Below, one piece after another: positions 16,770 to 25,412 of a DNA stretch of 38,726 nt (position 1 is its first letter; each line of letters starts with the position of its first letter). The DNA is taken from positions 1 through 38,726 of the IMG/VR virus record IMGVR_UViG_3300020042_007044; one strand, written 5' to 3'. Source of the DNA: a virus. Lineage: Duplodnaviria; Caudoviricetes. The notes below the pieces were generated by a model. It was not told the DNA's origin. It worked only from the letters and a program-made list of their open reading frames with translations, and ran no database searches. The position numbers were made by a program, and so were the translations under genes.

Positions 16770-17233
16770 TACGCAACCACCAATCCAAATTGATTAGCAC
16801 GGTCTTGAACAACCTCGTCAACTGGATTTACAATTCCGCTTACGGTTATCCAGATAGTTTTACCTCGGTCAGAGTTAACAACGAAGGCTGGGGAACAACC
16901 ACAAGAACAACCAGCAGTTTGTTTCCAGACAAAATCAGAAAGGTCAGCAGGTTGCATTAGATGATTGCCCTGTTCCTCGCCACTGTAGGGACTGATTGAC
17001 GAAGGCGTGCGGTATTCAGAGTTCTCAATCTCAGCGCGAACTTGATTTACAACATCACGGTAAATCTTGCTTGGACGGCTACGACGGTAAATGAGTTGCT
17101 CAGCAACACCTTCACCTTCTATGTGGACATAAATTACTGACTTGCCACTTGCGCCACCAACTTGATTCCACTTACCTTCACCACGACGTGGGCTAGGTGA
17201 GCGACGTACCTCAATCTTCTCAATCTGAAACAT
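16769..17233 (-). CDS. Hypothetical protein with AGCSCGCSP motif
   Basis: 154-aa ORF; W.Q.AGCSCGCSP.F Cys motif. Confidence 0.7.
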   Translation of the reverse strand: MFQIEKIEVRRSPSPRRGEGKWNQVGGASGKSVIYVHIEGEGVAEQLIYRRSRPSKIYRDVVNQVRAEIENSEYRTPSSISPYSGEEQGNHLMQPADLSDFVWKQTAGCSCGCSPAFVVNSDRGKTIWITVSGIVNPVDEVVQDRANQFGLVVA

Positions 17234-17352
17234 CAGCGCACCTTCTCATTCTCTAGGAATGAAGCGTCGCAGTTGTCACAGTGGTAAAGCACGAACGCTG
17301 GAGTTACAGAATCTTTTGACCAGTTATGGTCACAGACTGTTTGAACGGTCAT
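17233..17352 (-). CDS. Small Zn-ribbon protein (39 aa)
   Basis: RBS GAGAGG; MTVQTVCDHNW...HCDNC. Confidence 0.5.
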   Translation of the reverse strand: MTVQTVCDHNWSKDSVTPAFVLYHCDNCDASFLENEKVR

Positions 17353-17579
17353 TTTGTTTCCTCTCGTAAGGGGGGTTTGTGGGTTTCCCTTACAAATGAA
17401 ACTTTGCCACCAACGCTTTTCGTCTGTCTAGCCGTCAATGGGCGTGTCTCGTAAAATGTGACGCCAATCTCCACCATGCTCCATGAGCCTAAAGTGACCC
17501 TATGAGGCGTGAGGCGTTAACAGCCCTAGAAGAACGTTTAACAGGAACGACCCCCGTTTTGCTTCCTTCGGTGTTACCG

Positions 17580-19199
17580 CTAGGTTTTCCAAGCGTTAGA
17601 TTGCGTGAAGGACAGTGGGGCTATAGGTGTGGAGTTTCTGTACTTCGGTGGGGTGTACAAGGCTAACAACACTGACTCTGCTCTATCGGGTGAAGTCAGA
17701 CCACGCCGTTTCATCTCTAGTTTTTTCTCAATGACAATACGACCACTTGAATCTGATTTATACGTCGGTGCTGACAACTGCGCTAAGGTCTTACGGTCTA
17801 AGTCAAGACGAATCTCCTGACGTACACCATTTTCAGTACGCTGAGGTTGTAACAACGAACGAGCGTTCCACCACATCTCGGCACGCTGGTTTCCAAACTT
17901 TGCAGCATCACCAGCACGTTCACCAACACTAACAGGAATTATCTCGGAGTTATGACGCCCCTCATCTCGCCAACGGTCAAGCACTGACCTTACGCCCCAA
18001 CCAACACCAATAACGTCAATCTTCACTCGGACACGGCTGGTCACTCCGCGCTCGCGGTGTAACGCCTCAGCAGATTTAATTTGTTGTAACACTACACCTG
18101 CAACATCTACAGCATTAGCGTTAGCAGCACCAGAACTGTTATGACGCAACGAGCACCTGCCACCGTCAGCCCAAGCGATAGCAAACTCATCACCACCGTC
18201 TGACGCTATATCTACACCGATACTGATTGCTTCACCACCCAAAACATCTTCGTTCTCCATTGACATTTCAGCCCATGACAACGGAATCACTTTGTTTGTA
18301 GTGCTAGTTGGAAAACGAGCATGGACACGAGCCTCTACGAAAGCAGAATCTTCACCGAACTCTGAAATAACGTCATCTACCCAAGTCTTATCTACTAGGT
18401 GGTCTGTCACTGGGTGTTGCGCTACAGAAGGTGGACAAGATGAACAGAAGCCAGCCTCTTCACCAGTGAAGTTAGGTGTACTGAAAGCGGAAATTGGAAT
18501 TACATTATACAAATCTGAATGACATGCTCTTTCAAAAAACGAACCTTCTTGGTCTGTAGGTGGGTTACCTAATAACAACAACCTTGTATGACCACCAGTC
18601 ATAAGTGCCTCTAAAGATTTACCCAACGTCTCATTGATACCACCTGCCTCGTCAACTATTACAAGTAAGTGAGGAGCGTGAATACCCTGAACTACAGATT
18701 CATCACTTGTTCCACCACCAAAACCGTAACCAACAATGTTGTTATCTATTTTCCACTCTACGGTAAATACCTCACCAGCAAGATGATGTCTTTCATGGAC
18801 TCTGCGAATCTGTTGCCAAAGAATGTTACGCACCTGACGGAACGTGGTTGCGGTAGTTACAACTTGAGCCGTGCCTACTGGGTGAACTGAAATCCACCAA
18901 GCAACAATACGAGCCGCTATGTGAGATTTTCCAGGAGCGTGACAAGCAGGAACAGCAGTACGTTTATTATCACGTACACTCTCTAGGATTTCTTTTTGCT
19001 TTGACCATACGTTCTCTTTTAAGCCAAGAGTTACAAAACCAACTGGGTCATCTTCAAAACGAAGCCACGGATTACTGATTTCATTGTCAAGCAGATTCTT
19101 AAGGGCATAACGCTCTTGAGGATTGAGTGAAGGATAGATTTTTAATCTTTCTTCACGCGGCATACTGAGAAGACGCAATACAGGGTTAGCGGCAGTCAC
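17580..19199 (-). CDS. terL: Terminase large subunit
   Basis: Walker A-like ACHAPGKS, Walker B IVDEA, coupling motif GNP, nuclease GVD..., C-terminal SPDRAES. Confidence 0.93.
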   Translation of the reverse strand: MTAANPVLRLLSMPREERLKIYPSLNPQERYALKNLLDNEISNPWLRFEDDPVGFVTLGLKENVWSKQKEILESVRDNKRTAVPACHAPGKSHIAARIVAWWISVHPVGTAQVVTTATTFRQVRNILWQQIRRVHERHHLAGEVFTVEWKIDNNIVGYGFGGGTSDESVVQGIHAPHLLVIVDEAGGINETLGKSLEALMTGGHTRLLLLGNPPTDQEGSFFERACHSDLYNVIPISAFSTPNFTGEEAGFCSSCPPSVAQHPVTDHLVDKTWVDDVISEFGEDSAFVEARVHARFPTSTTNKVIPLSWAEMSMENEDVLGGEAISIGVDIASDGGDEFAIAWADGGRCSLRHNSSGAANANAVDVAGVVLQQIKSAEALHRERGVTSRVRVKIDVIGVGWGVRSVLDRWRDEGRHNSEIIPVSVGERAGDAAKFGNQRAEMWWNARSLLQPQRTENGVRQEIRLDLDRKTLAQLSAPTYKSDSSGRIVIEKKLEMKRRGLTSPDRAESVLLALYTPPKYRNSTPIAPLSFTQSNAWKT

Positions 19200-19207
19200 T
19201 AACGCTC

Positions 19208-19741
19208 CTAACTGGGTTTAGGCTTTGACTTAGCAGCAGTTTTTTTCTTTGCGGCAATTTTTTTCACAGGCTTGATTTCTTTTGGTTTATCTTTATCACG
19301 AATAGCAATAACCTGATTTAACTTACTTTCAAGTTCATCAACACTTACAACCACAGACAATGGTGAACCATTAGCCCCTGTTATCTCTTGCCTCTCAAAA
19401 CGACCCCACTTACGAGGATACGAACGTTCAAGATACCAAGCAGACGCTTGCCAAGTTCCGTCCATAGCGGCTTTCTGAATTAACGCAAGCGAACGAACTT
19501 CAGCATTTGCTCTGGTCTTTTCTACTGCCTCGCAGAACTCGCGGTATGGAGTTTCCTCTGGGTCATGTTCAGCATCTTCATCATCAGATAAACGAGCACG
19601 TTCAATACGTCCACGCTCTAACCACCGATAGATTGTTGCCTCATGGATACCAGCATAAGCAGCAGCAGTCTCTATGTAGTTACCACTGTTTAACGCTTCT
19701 ACAACCAATGCCTGTAACTCTGGGCTTAATTTTGTTTTCAT
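19208..19741 (-). CDS. terS: Terminase small subunit (HTH)
   Basis: N-terminal HTH (AAAYAGI...TIYRW), 'W.A.AW.LER..P..WG' motif; directly upstream of terL. Confidence 0.75.
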   Translation of the reverse strand: MKTKLSPELQALVVEALNSGNYIETAAAYAGIHEATIYRWLERGRIERARLSDDEDAEHDPEETPYREFCEAVEKTRANAEVRSLALIQKAAMDGTWQASAWYLERSYPRKWGRFERQEITGANGSPLSVVVSVDELESKLNQVIAIRDKDKPKEIKPVKKIAAKKKTAAKSKPKPS

Positions 19742-19768
19742 TATGTGATTATGTTACAGCAAACTTAC

Positions 19769-19963
19769 TTACTCAGTGCTCAAACGCTCTACTTCTGCTT
19801 GAAGACGAGCAATTCTCTCGCCTTTGTCTGGGTGAACCTTGATACCAAGAGCAGTCGCTTCTTCCTTATACAAACGACGATAATCTTCTACGTGTAACTT
19901 GCTTAGACGAGTAAGTGCGACATTACGAGCACGTTGAGCACGATTACGGATTTCTTCTGACAT
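19769..19963 (-). CDS. Hypothetical protein
   Basis: 64-aa basic helical ORF, RBS CAGGAG. Confidence 0.6.
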   Translation of the reverse strand: MSEEIRNRAQRARNVALTRLSKLHVEDYRRLYKEEATALGIKVHPDKGERIARLQAEVERLSTE

Positions 19964-20024
19964 TGTATTGCTCCTGATTTTGTTTAGTAGGTTGAGTATA
20001 CAGTAGTCTCAAATCTCTAAAATG

Positions 20025-20186
20025 TCACCTACGTCTGCCTTCTTTTACTAAACAATTGAAGCACTTAAAAATCATAATCTCGCCATAACTGTCCCTAGTG
20101 TATTCACCACCACTGACAGAACCCTGCTGATTACAGTAGTCACATATATCTAATTTCTCACCTACACTTATGAACATTTCACCCAC
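20025..20186 (-). CDS. Small Zn-finger protein (53 aa)
   Basis: RBS GAAAGGA before GTG; CDYC...CFNC (manual translation). Confidence 0.55.
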   Translation of the reverse strand: MGEMFISVGEKLDICDYCNQQGSVSGGEYTRDSYGEIMIFKCFNCLVKEGRRR

Positions 20187-20199
20187 GGTAATTCCTTTC

Positions 20200-20381
20200 T
20201 GTAGTTAGGTGAGCAGTTTTTACACTTGCTCAGGTGCGACATAAACTACCTGCATCTCAGAGTCGGGTCGCCTGACTCCTTACGCTGGTTCACTATGTCA
20301 ATTGGCGAGCGCACTCAGGGGACATTGACAGATACAGAGAGTAATCTGTCGCGAACGCAGAGTACGAACACCAAACTTGAG
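20200..20381 (-). ncRNA. Candidate structured RNA ending in an H-type pseudoknot
   Basis: Non-coding gap with several stems; GCAC-CTGAGCAA-GTGT-AAAAAC-TGCTCA pseudoknot at 20210-20237. Confidence 0.5.
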
Positions 20382-20606
20382 TCACTTCTTATCAACTTTC
20401 TCCCATAAATCTAGTTCTACATTGTAGGATTCTAACTTACGAACTGTTACTTCCTCAACATTATCAAGGTCGTCTACAACGTCAACTATTCCGTCAAACC
20501 AGTCTTTTACATTGGGGTTCTTTGTGTCGTCATACCTGAACCAGACAGTTACAGTTGCTTTTCCGTATCGTAACTTCTTAGGGGGCTGGGGTTTAGTTTC
20601 ACTCAT
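20382..20606 (-). CDS. Hypothetical protein
   Basis: ORF overlapping the upstream stop; ATG 20606 likely. Confidence 0.55.
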   Translation of the reverse strand: MSETKPQPPKKLRYGKATVTVWFRYDDTKNPNVKDWFDGIVDVVDDLDNVEEVTVRKLESYNVELDLWEKVDKK

Positions 20607-20949
20607 AATCAAACTTGTCCCAACCGTCATAACCTTCTAGGTCAACACGACGTATGTTAAATACAACCTCTTTACCACTGAAGCCTTCTATGTCTTTAAG
20701 CACTTGAAGCGTAATCGGACAGATAACACACTCAGCAAGTGTTAGAACTTTCTTCGGTGTGGAATGAGGGTCGTGGATTTGATGCCAGTAAGTGACAACA
20801 ACAAAATAACCCTTACGGTTTTTAGCCCAAGCGTCATTGAGTAACTCCATGCCTTTGTCATTCAAAACAATCTCAGCATAAAAAGTTGGACGCCCACGAC
20901 CAGTTATCTTCTTTATGTTTTTTGAGATTATAGCCATGACGCCACTCAC
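20599..20949 (-). CDS. Hypothetical protein
   Basis: 116-aa ORF, GTGA coupling. Confidence 0.6.
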   Translation of the reverse strand: MSGVMAIISKNIKKITGRGRPTFYAEIVLNDKGMELLNDAWAKNRKGYFVVVTYWHQIHDPHSTPKKVLTLAECVICPITLQVLKDIEGFSGKEVVFNIRRVDLEGYDGWDKFDYE

Positions 20950-21578
20950 CCTAGTTCTAGTGTGTCTTCATCAAGCATACCTTCTGCCTGAAGTGACGCA
21001 CGGGGACGTGGAGGATTTACTGGCTCTCCTAATTTACCTGTACGGACAGCACGTGCTTTTTCTTGATACTCGTCGGGAAGATTAGGGTCAGCGTTTTCTA
21101 AATACATTCCCTCGTCAAAGAAATGGTCAAACCCTCTACCCATTTTCTTTCCTGCATACGTGTGCTTGTCAAGAGCAACATCTGGAATCTCTTTGTAAGG
21201 AATGTGGTCAGACCAAGCCCACATCTTTGAATGGTCACAGATACGTGACTTCTTGGCTCTGACTAAAAGCAGTATTGCGTGAACCATGTACATACGCTCT
21301 GGGAATAAACGCTCATCTTTCTTTTTCTTTTCTTGAAGCCAATTCTCGTAGAGCGCACGGATAGTGGCTGGTAAGTATGGGTCAGCAAGTCCTATGTCCT
21401 CTGAAGTAATAATACGAATACGCTTCCAAACGTACTCACCATAACCACTTCTATCTAACTCCGCAGCCCAATACAATGAATCTTCTTCCCAGCCACGCCT
21501 AATTGATTTTTGGAAAGCAGACGACACCTCATTGAATGAATAGCCTCTGATTGTTGGCGGTATTTTCTGAACAGACAT
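20946..21578 (-). CDS. MgsA/RarA C-terminal-like protein lacking the AAA+ ATPase domain
   Basis: 'SAFQKSIRRG', 'WKRI.II.SEDIGLADP' and 'IPDVALDKHT' motifs; no Walker A/B. Confidence 0.75.
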   Translation of the reverse strand: MSVQKIPPTIRGYSFNEVSSAFQKSIRRGWEEDSLYWAAELDRSGYGEYVWKRIRIITSEDIGLADPYLPATIRALYENWLQEKKKKDERLFPERMYMVHAILLLVRAKKSRICDHSKMWAWSDHIPYKEIPDVALDKHTYAGKKMGRGFDHFFDEGMYLENADPNLPDEYQEKARAVRTGKLGEPVNPPRPRASLQAEGMLDEDTLELG

Positions 21579-21606
21579 TCTGTTCCTCTCTGTAGTTGGT
21601 AGAGGA

Positions 21607-21635
21607 ATCATGCCATAACCCTAGTTAGGTTTGTG
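21607..21635 (-). promoter_or_regulatory. Promoter with TAAC-N4-GTTA operator
   Basis: 17-nt CCTAACTAGGGTTATGG immediately before -10 CATGAT; perfect site at 21616-21627. Confidence 0.65.
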
Positions 21636-21650
21636 GATTTAACAAGTGTT

Positions 21651-22397
21651 TCAACGAAAGATTTGTGTGTTAATAATCGGTTGCCACTTGTGCGTGATAC
21701 CTGCTCTAGCGTTACCCTTTTTAGCACTTACAGCGTCCCCAAAATGTTCTTTCAAGATGTTAAATGAACGTTCAAGTTCATCATGTGTTCGCCAGTGAGC
21801 AAGCCCCCCCGTGTTATGGAATGTCGCTTTATGGTGTAAGCCGAAACGTTGGTCAACGAAGACCATACGGTGGTGATACATGTTTAGCAACGCTATCCAC
21901 ATGTCGTTATTTACGTACATGTCTGGACGCCAGAAAAACTTTGCCCCCTTGAGTAGACCTAACCCGTGACCATTTACAAAACCCGTCATACGAAATGGTC
22001 TCATTGGCGAACACATAGCAGGGTCTTCCCACGGAGCAAATCCCCACAGATATACACCCATCTGACGAGCGGTATCTGCTGTTCTTTGCACAACAGCAAA
22101 CGCTCTTTCAGGTGTCATCTTATATGTTTCACCAGCAGCAACAGATAAATCTGTCATAGCAGTGATGTCATCATCTACTTGGAATACATCACCCCAGTGG
22201 TCATAAATCCATTGACGCTTTGACGCTAATCCTTTAACACTGTCTGGGTGAACGACAACTTCTTTATCTGGATACGCTTCCCGATATAACTTCTCTTGAG
22301 ATTCTGCTACGCACAATATCGCCATTGGAAAAACCTTGAACGTTGTTACGCTTCCAGCACGACCATGAGTTGGAATGACTATGGCTACTTCCCCCAT
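21651..22397 (-). CDS. GT-A fold glycosyltransferase, TET-associated (TAGT/GREB1-like) type
   Basis: 'VIPTHGRA', 'V.ESQ...Y', 'KRQWI.D', metal-binding 'VDDDI', 'N.GG' motifs; adjacent to ParB genes. Confidence 0.75.
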   Translation of the reverse strand: MGEVAIVIPTHGRAGSVTTFKVFPMAILCVAESQEKLYREAYPDKEVVVHPDSVKGLASKRQWIYDHWGDVFQVDDDITAMTDLSVAAGETYKMTPERAFAVVQRTADTARQMGVYLWGFAPWEDPAMCSPMRPFRMTGFVNGHGLGLLKGAKFFWRPDMYVNNDMWIALLNMYHHRMVFVDQRFGLHHKATFHNTGGLAHWRTHDELERSFNILKEHFGDAVSAKKGNARAGITHKWQPIINTQIFR

Positions 22398-23002
22398 AAC
22401 GATTTTAACCTTTCAATAGTTACGACATGCGACGTACCAATCACTTCTTTCTTATATGACTTCTCCATACGCAAATCAAACTTTGTTCTCATGTACGCGG
22501 CATCTGTTTCATTCAAAGCAATAACAAGAACATAATCATATTTCTCTGAAGGACGAGCAACTATTGGAAAGATTGGGTCTATCTCTTTATCAGGCTTGTC
22601 AATCTTTGCAAGCAGTTTGTCAATAGCGTCTTGGTCATAACCAGGAACAGGACCAACTTCTTGTAACAATTCAGCCAACATGACTTCGTCCCACTTTGCC
22701 AAATCGCCAGAAGCATTATCGGCAAGACTTCTTCTCTGGGCTGTTGCGTCATCATCATCTACCCAAGCAACATCAATGTGTGTCCAGCCTAATGTTTGAG
22801 CGGCTTTGTACAAGTGATTGCCAGCAATTATTTTTTTAGTTGAACGTTGAACAACAATCGGTCTGTGCTGACCAAACTCTTTTATTGATTCTACTATTGC
22901 GGCAACATTACCTTTACGAGCATTACGTTGGTCTAAAATTAAATCTGCAAGCGGAACTGACTCAACGTCCATGTTAGTTGATGATGGTTTCTTTGCGGTC
23001 AT
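22385..23002 (-). CDS. ParB/Srx N-terminal domain protein
   Basis: 'N.R.G.V..I..SI..FGQ..PIVV....IIAGNH...AA..LGW...ADN'. Confidence 0.88.
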   Translation of the reverse strand: MTAKKPSSTNMDVESVPLADLILDQRNARKGNVAAIVESIKEFGQHRPIVVQRSTKKIIAGNHLYKAAQTLGWTHIDVAWVDDDDATAQRRSLADNASGDLAKWDEVMLAELLQEVGPVPGYDQDAIDKLLAKIDKPDKEIDPIFPIVARPSEKYDYVLVIALNETDAAYMRTKFDLRMEKSYKKEVIGTSHVVTIERLKSLWGK

Positions 23003-24235
23003 TTAGAATCCTTCCCCAGCGAATACGCAAGCGTCTATTGGCAATCCTAGTCTTAATGCTAGTTCTTGTTCTTTATTCTGACGAGGTAATCCTTCTTCAA
23101 ATACATTCCAAGACAAACGGTCAACACGGAAGCGGAAAGCACCAAGATTTACAACCACCTTGCCTGACCTATTATGACCAGGACGCACAGCACCGCCACT
23201 TACTATGTCTTGGACATCTTCGGCATCAAATCCAGTGCCGTCCCATTTCTTTATTGACATTAGTAAGTTAGAAAGTATAGAACTATCATACGTAGCCAAA
23301 TCAGCAGTTCTATTATCTGCTAGAACTATCTTTGTCGCTTGTTCATCATTGACATCAAGATACACAACCGCCAATTCCGTCCAACCCAACGAGCGTGCGG
23401 CAAATAATGTGTGGTTACCAATCAGTACAGTGCCGTCCATGCGTACAACTAACGGACGAAACTGACCATTCGCTTTGAGACTCTCAGCAATTGCACCTAC
23501 ATCACCCTCGCGTGCGTTACCTGACAACGGTATTAGTTTGTCAATTGCAACAACAGTAACATTCACATCTGACATTGACACTTGACGAGTATTGCTTTCC
23601 TCTTTACGCTCTTTAATAAGTTCAGGCATACCCAACTGCGCTCTCAACGTAGTAATTGCGACTCCATTACGACCTTCAGCCATGTCAAGATGATGTGAAT
23701 ACCAAACATCATAAGGGTCTTTCAAAACATTCCAACGATACTGACCTACCTTGAACAACACTTCCTCGCTTATGGGTGTCTCTGGTACTGCTCCGTCTAT
23801 CCCTGCTCCGATTAAACCCTCTAGGGACGTTTCTAAGCCATCAATCTGACCCCGAAGGTGGTCTAAGTACCCCCCGTCAAATCCTGTCCCATCTAGGTCG
23901 GGCAAAGATTCTAACAATGCTAGTAAGGCTGAATCATCATACGAAGCCAAATCACTCGTTCGGTTATCTGCAAGCACAATACGCTTGGCGGTTTCTTCAT
24001 CTACGTCCACATACGTAACATTAACGGACGACCACTTTAATCTTTTGATTGCTTGCCACGTATGCGAGCCAGCAAGAATGTAATTAGTTTTACGGTCAAC
24101 CACAATTGGTTTGTATTGACCATGCGCTAACAAGGAATCAGCAATAGCATCTACATCACCACGTCGAGGGTTTTGCGGATACGGCTCTACGTCCCCAACT
24201 GGTACTACAGTAGTACCACTAATCTTTACGTTCAC
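23003..24235 (-). CDS. Tandem double ParB/Srx-domain protein
   Basis: Two copies of NPR/NAR.GDV.AI..SL...GQ..P.VV...G.HT...IVLADNRT.DLA.YD, each followed by a short C-terminal module. Confidence 0.88.
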   Translation of the reverse strand: MNVKISGTTVVPVGDVEPYPQNPRRGDVDAIADSLLAHGQYKPIVVDRKTNYILAGSHTWQAIKRLKWSSVNVTYVDVDEETAKRIVLADNRTSDLASYDDSALLALLESLPDLDGTGFDGGYLDHLRGQIDGLETSLEGLIGAGIDGAVPETPISEEVLFKVGQYRWNVLKDPYDVWYSHHLDMAEGRNGVAITTLRAQLGMPELIKERKEESNTRQVSMSDVNVTVVAIDKLIPLSGNAREGDVGAIAESLKANGQFRPLVVRMDGTVLIGNHTLFAARSLGWTELAVVYLDVNDEQATKIVLADNRTADLATYDSSILSNLLMSIKKWDGTGFDAEDVQDIVSGGAVRPGHNRSGKVVVNLGAFRFRVDRLSWNVFEEGLPRQNKEQELALRLGLPIDACVFAGEGF

Positions 24236-24501
24236 TTTACAGAATCTTTCTCATCAGTCGCTTCTTCTAAATCAAACAAGTCAGCGTCAGCGAGCGCACG
24301 TATAAACTCTGGGGCTGGTAGTTCTTCATTAACGTCAGTACGAGACCAAACCCAAGCACGCCATGAAAGTTCTACACGCAAGGCACGTGCAGTAAAGTCA
24401 TTCCACTGGAACTCACCAATCTCGGTCAGTAACCCCTCAGCAGTTTTAGCCGAGGTGCTACCACCACTTTTCCATTTTACTTTCCACATAGGACGGAACA
24501 T
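24232..24501 (-). CDS. Hypothetical protein of the amidoligase cassette
   Basis: RBS GAAAGGA before ATG 24501; stop overlaps the ParB start (GTGA). Confidence 0.6.
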   Translation of the reverse strand: MFRPMWKVKWKSGGSTSAKTAEGLLTEIGEFQWNDFTARALRVELSWRAWVWSRTDVNEELPAPEFIRALADADLFDLEEATDEKDSVK

Positions 24502-24535
24502 TACATCAGATTCCTTTCTTGACTGGTCTAGTGGA

Positions 24536-25387
24536 TTACTTTGACCAGCCGTCTGTCCACATATCAACACTGCGCCAGTTGCTCTCTTCAAGTTCATCAC
24601 CGTGGTCAGCCCCAGCAAGTTCTAGCGCGAGCGTATCTTCCTCAGACAACACACTGTCACTCTCATAGCGAACTATGTCTGTGTACTCAACCAAACGTCC
24701 ACGACGAACTTTGATGTACGACCATTCTGGTATCTCCTCTATCCAGTCCAACTTGACCCCAGCGTCTTTGACAGCCCTGCCGAGCAGAACTTGAGTAGAT
24801 GCAAAGATGAAAGAACCTTCGGCAGTCTGACCTACGGCTAATGGACTTGAACAACAACGGGCTAGATGTAAGTCAACACCAGTTCTGGTATCTAACCAAG
24901 CCACCGCAGCACCACCTTGTACAAGTCCTAGCAAGTCAGTTGGTTTACTCTCTGACGCTTTGTACGAAGCCAACATTGAGAAGATTGCCTCACTGTCAAC
25001 TTGAGCCTTGCGAGCAAAAGACGTGTACTTAGAAAACAACTCTTGATGATTACTTACGTGACCATTGTGTACACCTACAACACTACCGACTCTGATTGGG
25101 TGATTGTTTAAGTTAATCAAAGGCGAACCAAGCGTAGCGTAACGTGTATGAAAGATTCCTGTCTTAGAATCAACAGGCAACTTGTTTATGTATTGCTCAA
25201 CAAACTTGAAAGCGTTTACATTGGATTTGTAGTTCTTGATAATACGCTTCTCTGGTTTGCCAGTTACGAAAGCCATACCAGTAGCATGAGCACCACGGGT
25301 AACTATCTGGGTTAGTAAAGCACTTCCCAGTTTTCTAGCATTGATGTCTTCATCAGTCTTTAGACTGAAGCCAGCGATTCCACACAT
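24536..25387 (-). CDS. Class II (Ntn) glutamine amidotransferase
   Basis: MCGIAG N-terminal Cys, RG..ATG, HTRYAT, N.HP, HNG, DSE motifs. Confidence 0.92.
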   Translation of the reverse strand: MCGIAGFSLKTDEDINARKLGSALLTQIVTRGAHATGMAFVTGKPEKRIIKNYKSNVNAFKFVEQYINKLPVDSKTGIFHTRYATLGSPLINLNNHPIRVGSVVGVHNGHVSNHQELFSKYTSFARKAQVDSEAIFSMLASYKASESKPTDLLGLVQGGAAVAWLDTRTGVDLHLARCCSSPLAVGQTAEGSFIFASTQVLLGRAVKDAGVKLDWIEEIPEWSYIKVRRGRLVEYTDIVRYESDSVLSEEDTLALELAGADHGDELEESNWRSVDMWTDGWSK

Positions 25388-25412
25388 AATTTTTCTCTCT
25401 CTGTCTCGGTGA

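Noticed and set aside
22385-24235. ParABS plasmid-prophage partition system
   Set aside because: No ParA ATPase or parS array seen; the ParB proteins lack an obvious HTH and sit among modification-type genes
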